Counted from the stretch's first letter, positions 25,829-40,759 are shown. The stretch is DNA of 64,000 bases from the human T2T-CHM13v2.0 reference genome, Homo sapiens (GCF_009914755.1 NC_060936.1), one strand, 5' to 3'. The notes: a model not told the origin generated them from the letters alone. Numbers and translations are program-made.

Positions 25829-28383
25829 TTTTTTTCAATAATTTCCATTTTTGTTTTAGATTTGAGGGTTAAATGGGCAGGTTTGTTACATGAATATCTT
25901 GTGTGATGCTGAGGTTTGGGGTATGGTTGATTCTGTCTTTTGAGTAGTGAGCATAATGCCTAATAGTTAATTTTTCAACCTTTGGCCCCTCCCTCCTCCA
26001 CTAAGTACTTCTCAATATCTACTTTTGCCATCTTTATGTCCATAAATACTCAGTGTTTAGCTCTCACTTATACGTGAGAATGTATAGTATTTGTTTTTGT
26101 TTCTACATTAATTTGCTTAGTACAATGACCTCCAGCTGCACCCATATTGCTGCAAAGGGTATAATTTTAGTTCTTTTGTATGGCTGCATAGTGTTCCATA
26201 GTGTACATGTACTACATTTTTTATCCTATCCACCATTAATAGATTCCTACGTTGATTTCATGTCTTTGCTGTGGTGAATAGTGCTGTGATAAACATATAA
26301 GTGCAGTTATCTTTTTGATAGAACAATTTATTTTTTTGGATATATACCTAGAAATGCAATTGCTGAGCCAAAGTGGTAGTTCTATTTTAAGTTCTTTGAA
26401 AAATTGCCAAACTACTTTCCACAGTGCCTGAATTAATTTTCATGTCCACCAACAGTGTATAAGCATTCCCTTTTCTCCATAGCTTCAACAGCATCTATTG
26501 TTTTTGGGCTTTTTAATAATTGCCATTCTGATTGGTGTGAGATGGTGTCTCATTGTGGTTTTGATTTTCATTTCTCTAATGATTAGTGATGTTGAGCATT
26601 TTTTTCATGTTTGCTGGCTGCTTGAAAGTCTTCCTTTGAGAAATGTCTGTTCATGCCTTTTGCCCACTTTTTAATGGGATTATTTGCTTGACTCCTCCCT
26701 AACTCATTTTATGAAGCCAGCATGACCCTCATACCAAAACCTGGCAAAGATACAGAAAAAAAAGTACAGGCCAATATCCCTGATGAACATAGATGCAAAA
26801 TCCTCAACAAAATACTAGCAAACCAAATATAGCAGCACATCAAAAAGTTCATTCACCACAAACAAGTAGTCGTTATTCCTGGAATGCAAGGTTGGTTCAA
26901 CATATGCAAATTAATAAATGTGACTCCTTACATAATCAGAATTAAAAACAAAAATCATATGATCATCTCAATAGACATGGAAAAAGCTTTTGATAAAATT
27001 CAACATCTCTTCATGATAAAAATCCTCAACAAACTAGGCATTGAAGGAACATACCTCAAAACAAGAAAAGCCATCTATGACAATTCCACAACCAACATTA
27101 CACTGAATGGGCAAAAATTGGAAGCACTCGTTTTGAGAACTGGAACAAGACAAGGATGCTGAGTCACACCACTCTTATTCAACATAGTACTGGAGGTGCT
27201 AGCTAGAACACATAGGCCATAGAGAGAGATAAAAAGCCTCCAAGTAAGAAAAGAAAAAGTGAAACTATCTCTCTTTACCAAGAATATAATTCTATACCTA
27301 AAAACCCCAAAAGAGTACACCAAACGGTTCCTGGAACTGATAAATGACTTCAGTAATGTTTCAGGATACAAAAACAATGTACAAATCAGTAGGAATTCTA
27401 TATACTAAAAACATTCAAATTGAGAGCCAAATTAAGAACACAAGCCCATTAACAATAGGCACACAAATAATAAAATACCTAGGAATACATCTAACCAAGG
27501 AGGTGAAATAACTCTACAAAGAGAGCTATAAAACGCTGCTGAAGGAAATCATAGATGACACAAACAAATGGTAAAACATTTCATGTTCATGGATTAGAAG
27601 AATCAATATCATTAAAGTGGCCATCCTGCCCTAAGCAATCTGCAAATTTAACAGTATTCCTGTTAAACTATTAATGTCATTTTTCACAGAATTAGAAAAT
27701 GACTATTCTAAATTTCACATGGAACCAAAAAAGAGCCTGAATATCCAAAGCAATTCTAAGCAAAGAGAACAAAGCCAGAAGCATAACATTACCTGACTTC
27801 AGACTATACTATAAGGTTACAATAACCAAAACAGCATGGTGCTGGTACAAAAACATACAATAGACCAATAATACAGAATAGAGAACCCAGAAATAAAGCC
27901 ACATACCCACAGTCATCTGATCTTCAACAAAGTCACCAAATAAACAAAGAGGAGAGGACTCCCTATTCAATCAATGGTGCCGGGATAGCTACATATTCCA
28001 TATGCAGAAGAATGAAACTAGATGCCTACCACTCACCATACATAAAAGTTAAATTTAGGTGGATTAAAGATCTAAATGTAAGACCTCGAACTGTGAGAAT
28101 CCTAGAAGAAAACTTAGGAAACACTATTCTGGACATCGGCCTTGGGAAATAATTTAAGACTAAGTCCTCAAAAGCAATTGCAAGAAAAACAAAAATTAAC
28201 AAGCAGGACCAAATTGACAAATAGGATCTAATTAACCTAAGGAGCTTCTGCACAATAAAAGAAACTGTCAACAGAGTAAACAGACAACCTACAGAATGGG
28301 AGAAAATATTTGCAATCCATGCATCCGTCAAAGCTCTACAATCCAGAATCTATAAGGGAACCAAACAGTTCAACAAGCCAAAA
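25829..28383 (-). mobile_element. L1PA15/16-like element with 5' inversion: 25829-26690 minus (3' end with tail), 26691-28383 plus (ORF2 RT to C-terminal region)
   Basis: ORF 26884-27162 (MQGWFNI...) is on +, the 3' UTR is on -; pieces are contiguous in L1 at CAACAAGC/CAAATAATCCCATT; degraded TSD GA(CC/TG)CACTCTT. Confidence 0.9.
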
Positions 28384-28384
28384 G

Positions 28385-29115
28385 TGGATGCACTCTTATT
28401 TGATCTTTCTCTCATGAGCACTTTTATGACTCCTTCAGAGATCCCCTGTTGGGGGCATCCTCCTTACGGGGGATAACCTGGCCGTGTGGCCAATTATAAC
28501 TTCACCTCAGTCCTTGAATTACTAGCTGGGTCACATTGTTTCCTCAGAGGATCCTTTTGGGTTGAGTCCCTTTTAAGATGACTCTTGGGTGACTCCCTTC
28601 TGTGGTCTCTCACCTCCTTGCCCTTTTCTCTCTCTCTTTTCTTTCTCCAGCTTTTTGGAGGCATAATTGGCCTTCTCTTGGAGGAAGAGCATTTGGTATG
28701 AAGGTAGCCTTCTCTTTCATTGCTTTGTCGGCTCCAGATTACCTCTTCTCTTTGTTTCTATGAGAATTAAGCACCATTCCCTAAATACTCTCAACTTCAG
28801 GAGACACATGTGAACCTTTCTGAGTGGCTCTCTTAAAGTTCTCTTCACTCAGCTTACTAAAACAAGGGAAAAGGAAATTGCTTCATTCCCACCCAGAAAA
28901 ACAGGGGCCTGAAGAGTACATTGCCAAATTGCTCCAAAGACAAGCTTCCTTCAGGCCTTATTAGCTCTTGCTCTTTACACCAAAACAATTTGTCATGAAA
29001 AAAAATGCTGGCAATTTCATAGGAGGTAACTTGCTCTAAGTGGAGTACTTCATAGTGATTGTGTTATTTGTCCTGGGGTTTCAGCTAAGGCTGAGACAGG
29101 AGTCCCATTTTAACA
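28385..29115 (-). mobile_element. possible ancient LTR (LTR78-like); may continue at ~25400-25828 on the other side of the L1
   Basis: minus strand begins TGTTAAAATGGGACT; similarity from memory only. Confidence 0.3.
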
Positions 29116-29149
29116 TCCTGTTATATCACAAATAACATTTTGCTAACTA

Positions 29150-29700
29150 ACTTGAAAACCTAGGGAAAAAAAGGAATATTCATTAGAAAAATATAAAATT
29201 TTAGAAAACTTAAGAAAAAGTAGAAAAACCGAATAGACCTAATCATCAAAAAATTAAATTAATATTTACAAATTTAACATATTACCTCAAAAGCTAAACA
29301 AACAAAAAATAAAGTGGAAAAATATCTGCATTTTACTATGCATTTTCAAAATTTTAATGGAGGTTCTAATCATTGAAGTGGACAAGAAAAAGAAAATCTT
29401 TGAAAATTCAAAAGTAGAAAACAAAGTTATCATTTGAAGACATTTTATTTGTTCTACATAGGAATCCCCAGAGAATGTACAAAAAAAAATACTAGCTAGA
29501 TTGGAGGAGTAAATGCTACTGTTCCATGTCACTAGGATGACTATAGTTCACAACGACATGTAGTTTCAAATAGCTAGAGAAAATGTTGAATGCTCCCAAC
29601 ACAAAGAAATGACAAGTGTTTGGGATGATGGTTATGCTAATGACCCTGGTCTGATTACTATACATTATATGTATTTAAACATCACTATGTACATGTCTCC
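29150..29700 (+). mobile_element. old L1 ORF2 remnant plus L1MA 3' UTR end
   Basis: GAATGCTCCCAACACAAAGAAATGA...GATGATGGTTATGCTAA...ATCACTATGTAC. Confidence 0.65.
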
Positions 29701-31662
29701 AGACAGCTAAGATATTGCAAATAAAATAGAAGAGAGCATTGACAAAAGACAGACAGGCATCTTAGAAGTAGCAGATGAAGAGAATTTTTTCTAGTTACCA
29801 GGCATCTATTTAAAAGTAACCCCTGAAGGGAAACCTGAATTCATTCTCTGTTCTTGTCAAAATTAGTATTTTCTGAATGTTTTCTTTTCTTCGCATTTTG
29901 AATTTTAATGCTGTACCAACGAATAATGGAAAAATCATTTGACAAAGCCAAAGATTGCATTAAATTCTAGTGTGTGTTAATTGGCTTTATTAAAAATTAG
30001 CATTTTTGAATTTCTAATTCTCTTCCTAATTTATAAAATGTCATTCATTTTATCATGTATTATATTATAATTAAATTTGCATGAGAGTAAATTTTATTTG
30101 TCTGTTGCTGAAACACATAAGAATTGTCTACACAACTAATGCAGGATATTTTTATATTCTCATGTTGACAATAAAATGTTCATTAATTTAAACATGGCAA
30201 CAGCAGTACACATGCTGCAGTTGTAATTACCATTGCTTAGTAACTGCATGTCTCTGAGTGACAATGGGAATTAACTGAATAATTATTACATGTGCTTCCG
30301 TTTGAAATATTTTCTCAATGTAGTACTGATCCCTAGGTAGAAGTTGCCGGTTCAGAAGACATTTGAGCCAAATACTGATTCTGCTTCAGAAACCATCGAT
30401 GTAATCAGCCTAAGACCAACAGCAGTCAACGATTAATCATATAATAATTAGATTATTCCTCCAGTGTCAATACGTTAGAACTAGCATGGAAAGCATTCAG
30501 GAAAACTATTTACCAGACCTGAATTTCTCCAGAGAAATCAAACACTGTACAATTAACTGAAAAAAATGAAATGTTCATGCTTTGGTTTAATTGGAAATGC
30601 AACATATCTGAAGTCCTCGCTGCCAGATCCTTTTATTGATTAGCTCTGGTGTTCTCCCAGAGTTCTCTTCTGTTCGAGTAGATTTTGCAGCATACCTTCA
30701 CCTGTATCATCACTCTGATGTTCCTTATTCTAGAAGCTACAGCCATATAGAAAATTTACTTTTGCAAAATTAAGTGTTATTTTTGTCTCTCTAAAATCTG
30801 ATGTTGGTTATGCATTCTGATACCTTCTTCCTACGAATACAATTGAATTTTGGGTAGAGTAACTTTATATGACAAAGCATGAGATCAGAAATGCTATTTT
30901 TATTATTATTAAACAAATTGGATTGTATTCATGTGTGGTCATTGGGATGCTCCAGATAGGTTAATGTGCGTAACTTTCCCATGGTCCATTTACACCCAAG
31001 TACTAGTGTTGGGACTTTTCCTTTTATGTTACTCCTTCCTTTGATAATCAAAAATCACAACTTTGTTTGGGGGAGGATGTTAATGAGTGTCCTAATCTCT
31101 TGTGATATGGCTGTACCTACAAGGCCAATTTTCAAGGAGACTCAGTACTCTTGGGATAAGGGTGGTCAACCTTTTCTGAATGAGCCAGAGGTGAAGAACA
31201 GGCAGCAATTTATAGAAAGTCTTTGATAGGCAATAATGGAGACCAATTAACATACCTCCCCCAGAAGGCAAAAAACTGAAGGTATTAAGAAAATAATTTT
31301 CAAAACTTGGAAATAAGACCAAAAAATGCCTGTATGTTTTTTAAATGTCATATTGGAGAATAATCTGAGAAGTCTGCCTAGACGTCATCTGTTATTCAGG
31401 GACTTCTAACTTTGCTTGACTTATTATTGGTTTTGATTTTGGCTTAGGCCCCATAAAATTAGACGTTATCTTGGAAAAATAAGAAATTGCAACTGATTTT
31501 TGCCCAATAAAGATGCAAATAATGTTTGTCAAGTACATATGTCTGTGGGGGGTGGGAGAGGGGGAAGTGTTCTAGATTTATTGTCTTTTAAACATTTTTG
31601 TACCTAATTTAGATATCTCATTTCCATATCAATTGTTTTAGCTGACTATATAAGCATCTATC

Positions 31663-31945
31663 TTTTTTTTTTTTCCCCTCTGTTGCCAGGGTGGAGTGCC
31701 GTGGGCACGATCTCGGCTCACTGCAATCTCCGCCTCACGGATTCAAGCGATTCCCCTGCCTCAGCCTCCCAAGTAGCTGAGACTACAGGCGCACACCAAC
31801 CACGCCCGGCTAGTTTTTTGTATTCTTAGTAGAGACAGGATTTCACCATGTTGGGCAGGATGGTCTTGATCTCCTGACCTTGTGATCCACCCTCCTCGGC
31901 CTCCCAAAGTGCTGGGATTATAGGCGTGAGCCATCGTGCCGGCCC
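31663..31945 (-). mobile_element. AluSc-like
   Basis: TGTTGCCAGG, GATGGTCTTGATCTC; TSD TAAGCATCT(A/G)TCTTT. Confidence 0.93.
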
Positions 31946-32519
31946 TAAGCATCTGTCTTTCATAGCCTCTTGCATTTGCTTTGTCTTTAATCATTAATAA
32001 ATAATTATCGGACACATGCTCATTATATATTTATATGAGAATTCGATTATTTTTACAAAAAAATTAATAAAATTATACTTTTAATTAACTCAGCTAGAAT
32101 TTGCAAAAGCTGCAGAGTTCCCATTTGTCTTTCACATGGATTTCCCTAGTGATAACATCTTATGTAATGATAGCATGATAATCAAAACCAGAAAAATAGT
32201 GTAATTACAAAAATACTATTAACTAAACTACAGACTATATTCATATTTCAACAGTTTTTTATGGGTACTTTATGCTTGTGTATAGTTGTATGAAATTTTG
32301 TCATATGTACATATTTATGTAACTACCACCATAATCAAAATCAGAAATGTTTCCTCACCCTAAAGGAACTCACTCATGCTATCCCTTTATAGTCACACTG
32401 CTGTGAAAACCTAATGTCCAGCAACCATTGATTTGTTCTTCATCACTGCAATTTAGTTATTTTGAGAATTTTATGTAAATGAAATGTATATATTTTATTC
32501 CATAAGTTTTCTTTTGTGA

Positions 32520-32815
<296 letters not shown>

Positions 32816-32877
32816 GTGATTGACTTTTTTACTCAGTGTAATTCCCTTGGAATTATTCGAAGTTCAGATATCAATAA

Positions 32878-33232
32878 TGCAAGGTTTGTCAGGGAGAGGG
32901 AAGGTGAAAGAGAGAGAGAGAGAGAGTTAGTGGCTCAACAGCAACACAGGTTTATTAAGGAAACCTGCGGAGGGGGACACCAGCACTGGAACCCACGCCC
33001 CACTTACAGAATGGGGCAGTTACAGGTCTGGACAGGAGAGGGGGAATTGTTGCAAAATGGGATGGGGCGGTGTGGTTAGCTGCTGATAAGGGAGGACTTT
33101 CCTGCAGGCAGGTGATTGGGCCTGGGACCGGCCCAGGATGTTTCTCACGGCCTGGGCCCCAGTGGAATTTTCCATGCTGGCCAGGGTGGGCTAAATGGTG
33201 GGGTTTACAAAATGGCGCAGGTTGGGCTAACA
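32878..33232 (-). mobile_element. ERVL-class solo LTR (LTR47/LTR32-like)
   Basis: minus strand TGTTAGCCCAACCTGCGCCATTTT...AATAAA...(TC)n...AACCTTGCA; GC-rich insert in L1; degraded 5-bp TSD AATAA/AACAG. Confidence 0.65.
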
Positions 33233-34039
33233 AACAGTATGTTTCTTTTTCTTACTGAGTAGTGTTCAATTTTGAAAGTGAACTGTGGCTTGTTTGTCCA
33301 TTCACTCATTGAAGGATATATGAGTTGTTTCCAGTTTTTGACTATTTCAGATAAAGATGTTATAAATATTTATGTATTCATGTACAGGTATTTGCATGAA
33401 TATAAGTTCTTATTTCTCTATGCCAAATTCTTAGGAGTAGGATTGCTAGGTTATGCGATAAGTGTATGTGCAATTGTGGTTTTAAGTTGCCTCTAATTAA
33501 TGGTTAATGATATTGGAAATCTTTTCATGTACTTATTCTATCTATATATCCTGTTAGGTAAAGTGTCTGATTAAGTCTTTTGCCTGTTTTTTAATTAGGT
33601 TGTTTGTTTTTATGCTTGAGTTTTGAGAATCCTTTATGTATTCTGGATATATGGACTATTGAGCCTACCAACCGAGTTTTTAAAGGTTCAGTTGATTGTA
33701 TTTTTCGCTCCTAAAATCTCCACTTGTTTCTTCTTTGTATCTTCTATATCTTTTATGAGACTTTCTATGTTTTCATTAATTTCAGGGGTATTTATGATAC
33801 TTACTGGGGCATTTTTATAACTGTTTTGAAGTTCTTCACAGATAATTCGAATATCTGTGTTTTGTTGGCATTGCCATCTCTTGTCTTTCCTCATTTGACT
33901 GGAGATTTTCCTGGTTCTTGATATGCTGAGTAATTTTGGATTGTATCTTAGATATTTTGAATATTATACTCTGTGCCACTGGTTGCTATTTAAATATTTC
34001 ATTTGAACTGGCAGCATTTAGATTCAGAATGCACATTCT

Positions 34040-34351
<312 letters not shown>

Positions 34352-35149
34352 CTAGCTGGCCTTTGTATTACAAGAGACCAATTTGAAACTTGGGTGGTAT
34401 TCCATACCACAGTTTTGTTCCCAAAGCTTTTGCCATTTTGATTCTAGTTGGTTTTACACATGGACCACTTGGGGATGAGCTTAATATTGCATACACAAAT
34501 TTAAATAATTCTTTCCACCAGCTCCTTTATTATTAGTATTATTTCAATTTCCTCTTGCACTCTAGCTGAAAGAGGGAAGGGCGCCATGTTTCTGACTGTC
34601 ATTTGTTTTGTTCAGGGCATGAGTAGTCCCCAAGTTCCACTCTCTACAAGGTTTGATTCCAAACAACTTAATTTATATGTCAAAAGACAGAATATCCATG
34701 GTTTCTCTTTTTGTCTAACAATCCTTCTCCTCAGTGCCTTGTGGATGGTTCCGACTGCTTGAAGGCAGGCTCAAAATACACATGGAAGAAAGAAAGCACA
34801 CATGGATTGATATTTTAAAACTTGATCACATTATATTTCTACAGGCCATTCTTAATTTAGATTGCCAATTAGCTATGAAAATGTATGGTTTTGATTGCTA
34901 TGCACAGCATTGACTTTCTGTTTGCATTATTGTTGACATATCACCCAGGATGTTTGCTCTAATAAGTACTTGCTGCTTTTCACTCCAAAGCTTTCCCTGG
35001 AGTTGGGTTGCGAAGTGTTTAGTTATAAAACTTTAGTAGCTTTACTCAGAAACAATGATGCAGTTGAGGATTGCATTCAGATTCAGTATTTGGACACAAA
35101 TAAGTCACAGATGTGATTAAAAAATTGGTGTTTTAGTAGAAAAAAAAAC

Positions 35150-35620
35150 AAGGATTTCAAGGTTATGCAGACCTGTTTTCAAATCCTAGCTTGGCACTAT
35201 AAGTTTGAGTAAGGTTATTACTCCCTGAGACCCTGTTTCATCATTTAGGATAAGAGATAACCACAACCAGGAAAGGACTGTGGGCCTAATCAATACTTTA
35301 TACAAAGAGGCCATTAGGGACACTTCTTGATGCAAGAACTGTCAATTTACTTCTTTACCAGGCACAAAAAGAAGAAAATGACATTAAGAGTTGGTAGTAA
35401 TGGAAAAGCTAAATTTAAAATTTAATATAAAAATTATGATCTAAGAAAGAGAAATATTTCAGACCAAAAGAGACTTTCTAACCCAACTTCTCATTTTTCA
35501 TATAACAAAACTGAGGCTCCAAGGGGTGAAGAGACTTGTCTGGTGTATTTCATGTGTCCAGAGACAAATCTGAGGCCAGAATTCTAATCTCCTGATCAGT
35601 AGGCCACTAGACCTTAACAC
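35150..35620. mobile_element. two MIR fragments (35150-35290 +, 35480-35620 -)
   Basis: TTCAAATCCTAGC...CTGTTTCATCATT; CTCATTTTTCATATAACAAAACTGAGGCTCC. Confidence 0.5.
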
Positions 35621-35956
35621 CGTGGCACAAATATCTCATATAAAACCCTCTAAAATGGAATATATTATGCTAATGGATCTTTACAGCAGATCCTAACATA
35701 CTATAAAATGTAAACAGGACATATAAACTAAAACTCTACTGCATCACTAATTATTATCATTAACTGATATGCTAACTACAAGAAACATTAAACATTTGAC
35801 TAAAAGCATTGCTTGCTTTAGAACACAGGAGCTGCTGGGGATGAAATAGATGATTCGAGTCATTTGAAAAGGCTATCTTGGGAAATTCAACTGGATACTT
35901 TTTATATTTGTAGACAAATATTCTTATAGCAAAGGAAGCTTAAAAGTTCTATCATT

Positions 35957-36256
35957 GCCGGGCGCGGTGGCTCACGCCTGTAATCCCAGCACTTTGGGAG
36001 GCCGAGGCGGGTGGATCACGAGGTCAGGAGATGGAGACCATCCTGGCTAACACGGTGAAGCCCCATCTCTACTAAAAATACAAAAAATTAGCCGGGCGTG
36101 GTGGCGGGCGCCTGTAGTCCCAGCTACTCAGGAGGCTGAGGCAGGAGAATGGCGTGAACCTGGGAGGCGGAACTTGGAGTGAGCCGAGATTGCGCCACTG
36201 CACTCCAGCCTGGGCGACAGACTGAGACCCTGTCTCAAAAAAAAAAAAAAAAAAAA
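35957..36256 (+). mobile_element. AluY
   Basis: diagnostic ACCATCCTGGCTAACACGGTG and AGAATGGCGTGAACC; CpGs retained; ~20-nt pure A tail. Confidence 0.97.
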
Positions 36257-37169
36257 TTATTTCACTGAATATTTATTTATAAACATCATGACTAGGTATG
36301 GATGTTTGATTGCATCTTTAGGATTTGGAGAGGAATTGGCAAAAGAAAATTTTGTAGTATATATCCTGGACTAGCTTGACATTTTACAGAAAATCTTTTT
36401 AAATTTCTTCCAACTTATAGAGAATCTGGTACCTCAAACAAATGAGATCTCTTTATTTTATTCTTATAGACAAAAATGGAAGAGACACCATACCTATTAT
36501 CCTTCCTGCTCATTCTCCCACCCATGTCATAAGAATATACGTTCAATTTTCAGATAATTTTATTATCAGGATATATGTAACTTTTGGCTAGGATTGTGTT
36601 CATGTCTTCCCCTGGAATATGACTTAGTTTTGGTGCTAGCTCTTGCCCTGAAGTGGCACTAAATCTAAAGCTAGATGGGTTATTTATACATGATGACCAA
36701 ATGTAACAGTCTCCATTTCCAGGTCTCTGATTGGGCAATATTCTCCAACTCTCACCCAAATCATTTTCCATGGATCAGAACAGATCCAATTGCTTCCTAG
36801 TCCCTAATCCCAAAGGCTGTCACTTCACTTATGGGAGGAGGCTTGTTTCCCACTGTTGTTTCCTCCTAAGACCCAGGCAGAAGAGAAAAATCTAGTTTAT
36901 AGATGTTCCTATAGTTATCTTCATTAAATCAGATTTTTTTGCTTAGATTATATTGACCAGTACAATTGGTACAATTTTGCCTTTGTTTCATGGTTCATAT
37001 TTGAGGCAAAACACCCTTTTGGAACTCTGACATTAGTGGTACTTTCAGCTCTGTTTTTCAAAGGGAAGAAAAATCAAAACAATTTTTTTAGAAAAACAGC
37101 TTACTTTCCCCTTTTTATTTGCCAAGATAACAAACAAAACCTTAGTTATTCATTCAAATAAAAAAGACT

Positions 37170-37434
37170 GTGCATTTGTGTTTATGTTTATTTTTAATTC
37201 TCCATGACATTAAACTCTCTTCAAAAAAGTTGATCACTCTAGCCCTCACACCAGTGGGCTCCAATGTGACATGTGTTATGTTGTAGCAATTATTTGAATG
37301 ATGTTTATCGAAAGTCCCAATTTGAATCTCTTTTGCGTTCAGCCTAGCATTGAGGAATACATGGCTATAGCTGGCATTCTTGTAGGTTGGCTGTTCAAAG
37401 GCCTTGTTTAGATGAAAACCAAGAAACACATATC
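37170..37434 (-). other. candidate terminal exon (acceptor plus poly(A) signal)
   Basis: minus strand CTTTTACTTTTTCTTCTTGTAG|G at 37435/37434; AATAAA at 37192-37187 followed by CA and a U-rich tract; no expression evidence. Confidence 0.4.
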
Positions 37435-38436
37435 CTACAAGAAGAAAAAGTAAAAGTGCACCGTCTGTTTCAAAAGCAGTAGTTTCCTGCTAGAAGGCAA
37501 ATTTGAGTACAACTTGGTATTGGTCACTCAAGTTGTTCTCCAGTTGGCCCTTACAAATTCATGCCTTGATTCTTGGGCAAAAAGGCTAATAATAAAAGAG
37601 TAGATGAAAACTAAAAATGCCTCTTCTTTCAAACCTGCACAAAATATTGAGAGCATGGAGCATCAGAAATGTTAGTGTCAGCAGTTATAAAGGCAAGGAG
37701 GGGTGGTACCATTGTACTGGCAAGCATGAGAAATGGTGCCAGAAGTACAGACAGCTATGCAGGACCTAGATATCGGTCAGTGGCTGTTGAAATGTAGAAA
37801 CTGGCAGGCACTGGTCCCAGTGGTGGCACCTTCAGTGGCCATCTGCAATAGTATTTCTGGTAGCACCACCAGTGAGCAGCATCAGCATGTCATATTCAGA
37901 AGGCAGGGAACAAGAGACAGGCTGCTTTGAGACAGGCCCTGGATGACGGCCAACACTGGCAACAAAGCCTTCTGTGTGCTTTGGCTTTACAGTTCAAATT
38001 TCTTTTTTGAAGAATAGAGTGATGGTCATCAGAATTAGCTGAGGCAGAAGAGGAGGCAAAATGGTAATCTGGAAGGTTGGTTTATGGCAAATTCATTAGG
38101 CACTCCTTGGGAAATCTCAACTGTGTGGTAGAATTTGAAGAAAACTGTTTTTGCTAATAGAAAGTCAGTAAAATCCAGTAAAATGCTGGTTTTGTGACTG
38201 CCTCCCCTCCCCCATCCCCCTGCAGACTGGTGTGATCAGAGAAAAATAGGCCGCGTTTGCTCAAATGGTTACTAAATAACTCTTGTTTTCAAGGATAGCT
38301 TTAAAGAAAAAAAGAATGTACAAAATGCCACTTGAGAGATGTGTAATTTGAAAAGAAAAAGAATGGTTGTTCTTTTTTGATTTGCTGTTGTTGGGGTAAT
38401 TTCAGACTATTTTAAAATATTCACTGGTAAAGTCTC

Positions 38437-38920
38437 TTTCATGTGCGTCTGTGTGAAGAGACCACCAAACAGGCTTTGTGTGAGCAACATGGCTGTTTAT
38501 TTCACCTGGGTGCAGGTGGGCTGAGGCCGAAGAGAGTCAGCAAAGGGAGATAAGGGTGGGGCCATTTTATAGGATTTGGGTAAGTAAAGGAAAATTACAG
38601 TCAAAGGGGGTTTGTTCTCTGGCAGGTAGGAGTGGGGGTCGCAAGGTGCTCAGTGGGCAGGAGTGGGGGGGTCACAAGGTGCTCAGTGGGGGTGCTTTTT
38701 GAGCCAGGATGAGCCAGGAAAAGGACTTTCACAAGGTAATGTCATCAGTTAAGGCAAGGACCGGCCATTTACACTTCTTTTGTGGTGGAATGTCATCAGT
38801 TAAGGTGGGGCAGGGCATATTCACTTCTTTTGTGATTCTTTAGTTACTTCAGGCCCTCTGGGCGTATATGTGCAGGTCACAGGGGATGTGATGGCTTGGC
38901 TTGGGCTCAGAGGCCTGACA
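38437..38920 (-). mobile_element. 3' LTR7 (484 bp); AATAAA at 38501-38496; PPT AAGAAGGCAGGAA at 38933-38921
   Basis: minus strand TGTCAGGCCTCTGAGCCCAAG...CATGAAA. Confidence 0.97.
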
Positions 38921-40759
38921 TTCCTGCCTTCTTAATAAGAAAAATAAAACAAAATAGTGTTGAAGTGTTGGGGCGGCGAAAATTTTTGGGGGGTGGTATG
39001 GAGAGAGAGTGGACGATGTTCCTCAGGCCTGCTTCAAGAGGGATTAGGGGCGGCGTGGGAACCTAGAGTGGGAGAGATTAAGCTGAAAGGAGATCTTGTG
39101 GTAAGGGGTGATATTGTGGGGTTGTTAGAAGAAACATTTGTTGTATAGAATGATTGGTGATGGCCTGGATATGGTTTTGTATGAACTGAAAAACTAAATG
39201 GAATAAGAAGGAGAAAAACAGGTATAAAAGGTCTAAGAATTGGGAGGACCTAGGACATCTGATTAGAGAGTGCCTAAGGAGATTCAGCATAGTCCTGCCA
39301 GCAAAGATTATTTATTTACTTCAAGAGTTAAGAGTGGCGGTTTGGGGATAGCACGAGGAGATATCAGCTGTGATGGCTTGGATAAACAGTGTAAACTGGC
39401 AGTGTAAAGAAGAGCAGGGCATGTATGAGTAGTTGAGAATGGAGAATAGGAGTATGACTAGACAGAAAACAGTAGGGATGACAAGCTTTTATTGGGGCAC
39501 AGTCTAAGTTGGTCCGGTGTCTGGAATGAGACTGGGGCCTAATAAAAAGGAGCATCTATACAGGAGCTTAAATGGGCTGTACCTTGTAGCATTCCGAGGA
39601 CAGGCCTGAATTCTGAGAAGGGAAAGTGATAAAAGTATTGTCCAGTCCTTTTTGATGGCTGAGCTTGGTGAGGTGTGTTTTTAAAAGACCTTCAGTCCAT
39701 TCTACCTTTCTTGAAGATGGAGGACTGTAAGGGATATAAAGGTTTCACTGAATACTAAGAGCCTGAAAAACTGCTTGGCTGATTTGACTAATAAAGGCTC
39801 ATCTGTTATCAGACTGTATTGAGGTGGGAAGGCTAAACTGAGGAATTATGTCTGACAGAATGGAAGAAATGACTGCGGAGGCCTTCTCAGACCCTGTAGG
39901 AAAGGCCTTTACTTATTCAGTGAAAGTGTCTATTTAGACTAAGAGGTATTTTAGTTTCCTGACTCAGGCATGTTGAGTAAAGCTAGTTTGCCAGTCCTGG
40001 GTGGGGGCAAATCCTCGAGCTTGATGTGTAGGGAAGGGAGGGGGCCTGAATAATCCCTGAGGAGTAGTAGAATAGCAGATGGAACACTGAGAAGTTATTT
40101 CCTTGAGGATAGATTTCCACGATGGAAAGGAAATGAGAGGTTCTGAGAGGCGGGCTAGTGGCTTGTACTATAGCATAGCCTGCCTTTGCTGGTATGTGGC
40201 GACTAGGCCTGGTGGAACTGCCATCAATAAATCAAGCGTGATCAGGGTGAGGAACAGGAAAGAAGGAAATTTGGGGAAATGGGGTTAATGTCAGGTGGAT
40301 CAGAGAGATACAGTCATGGGGGTCAGGTGTGGTATCAGGAATAATGTGGGAGGCCGGATTCAAGTATGGGCCAGGAACAATGATAATTGTGGGAGACTCA
40401 ACAGAGTGAGTATAGCTGAAGGAGCTGGGAAGCAGAAAGTATATGCGTCAGGTATGAGGAAGAAAATAGATTTTGGAAGTTATGAGAACTGTAGAGAGTG
40501 AGTTGAGCATAGTTTGTGATTTTGAGGGCCTCTAAAAGTATTAATGCAGTGGCAGCTGCCGCACGCAGACATACGGGCTAGGCTAAAACAGTAAGGTCAA
40601 GTTGTTTGGACAGAAGGCTACAGGGTGTGGTCCTGGCTCTTGTGTAAGAATTCTGACCACCCTAACCATGCCTAGGAAGGAAAGGAGTTGTTTTGTAGAG
40701 TTTGGGGTTTGAGAGATCAGTCAGACACGATTGGCAGGGAGAGCACGTGTGTTTTTATG

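Noticed and set aside
37680-37980. GC-richer patch as a coding exon
   Set aside because: No long frame with splice sites; probably a decayed repeat I cannot name
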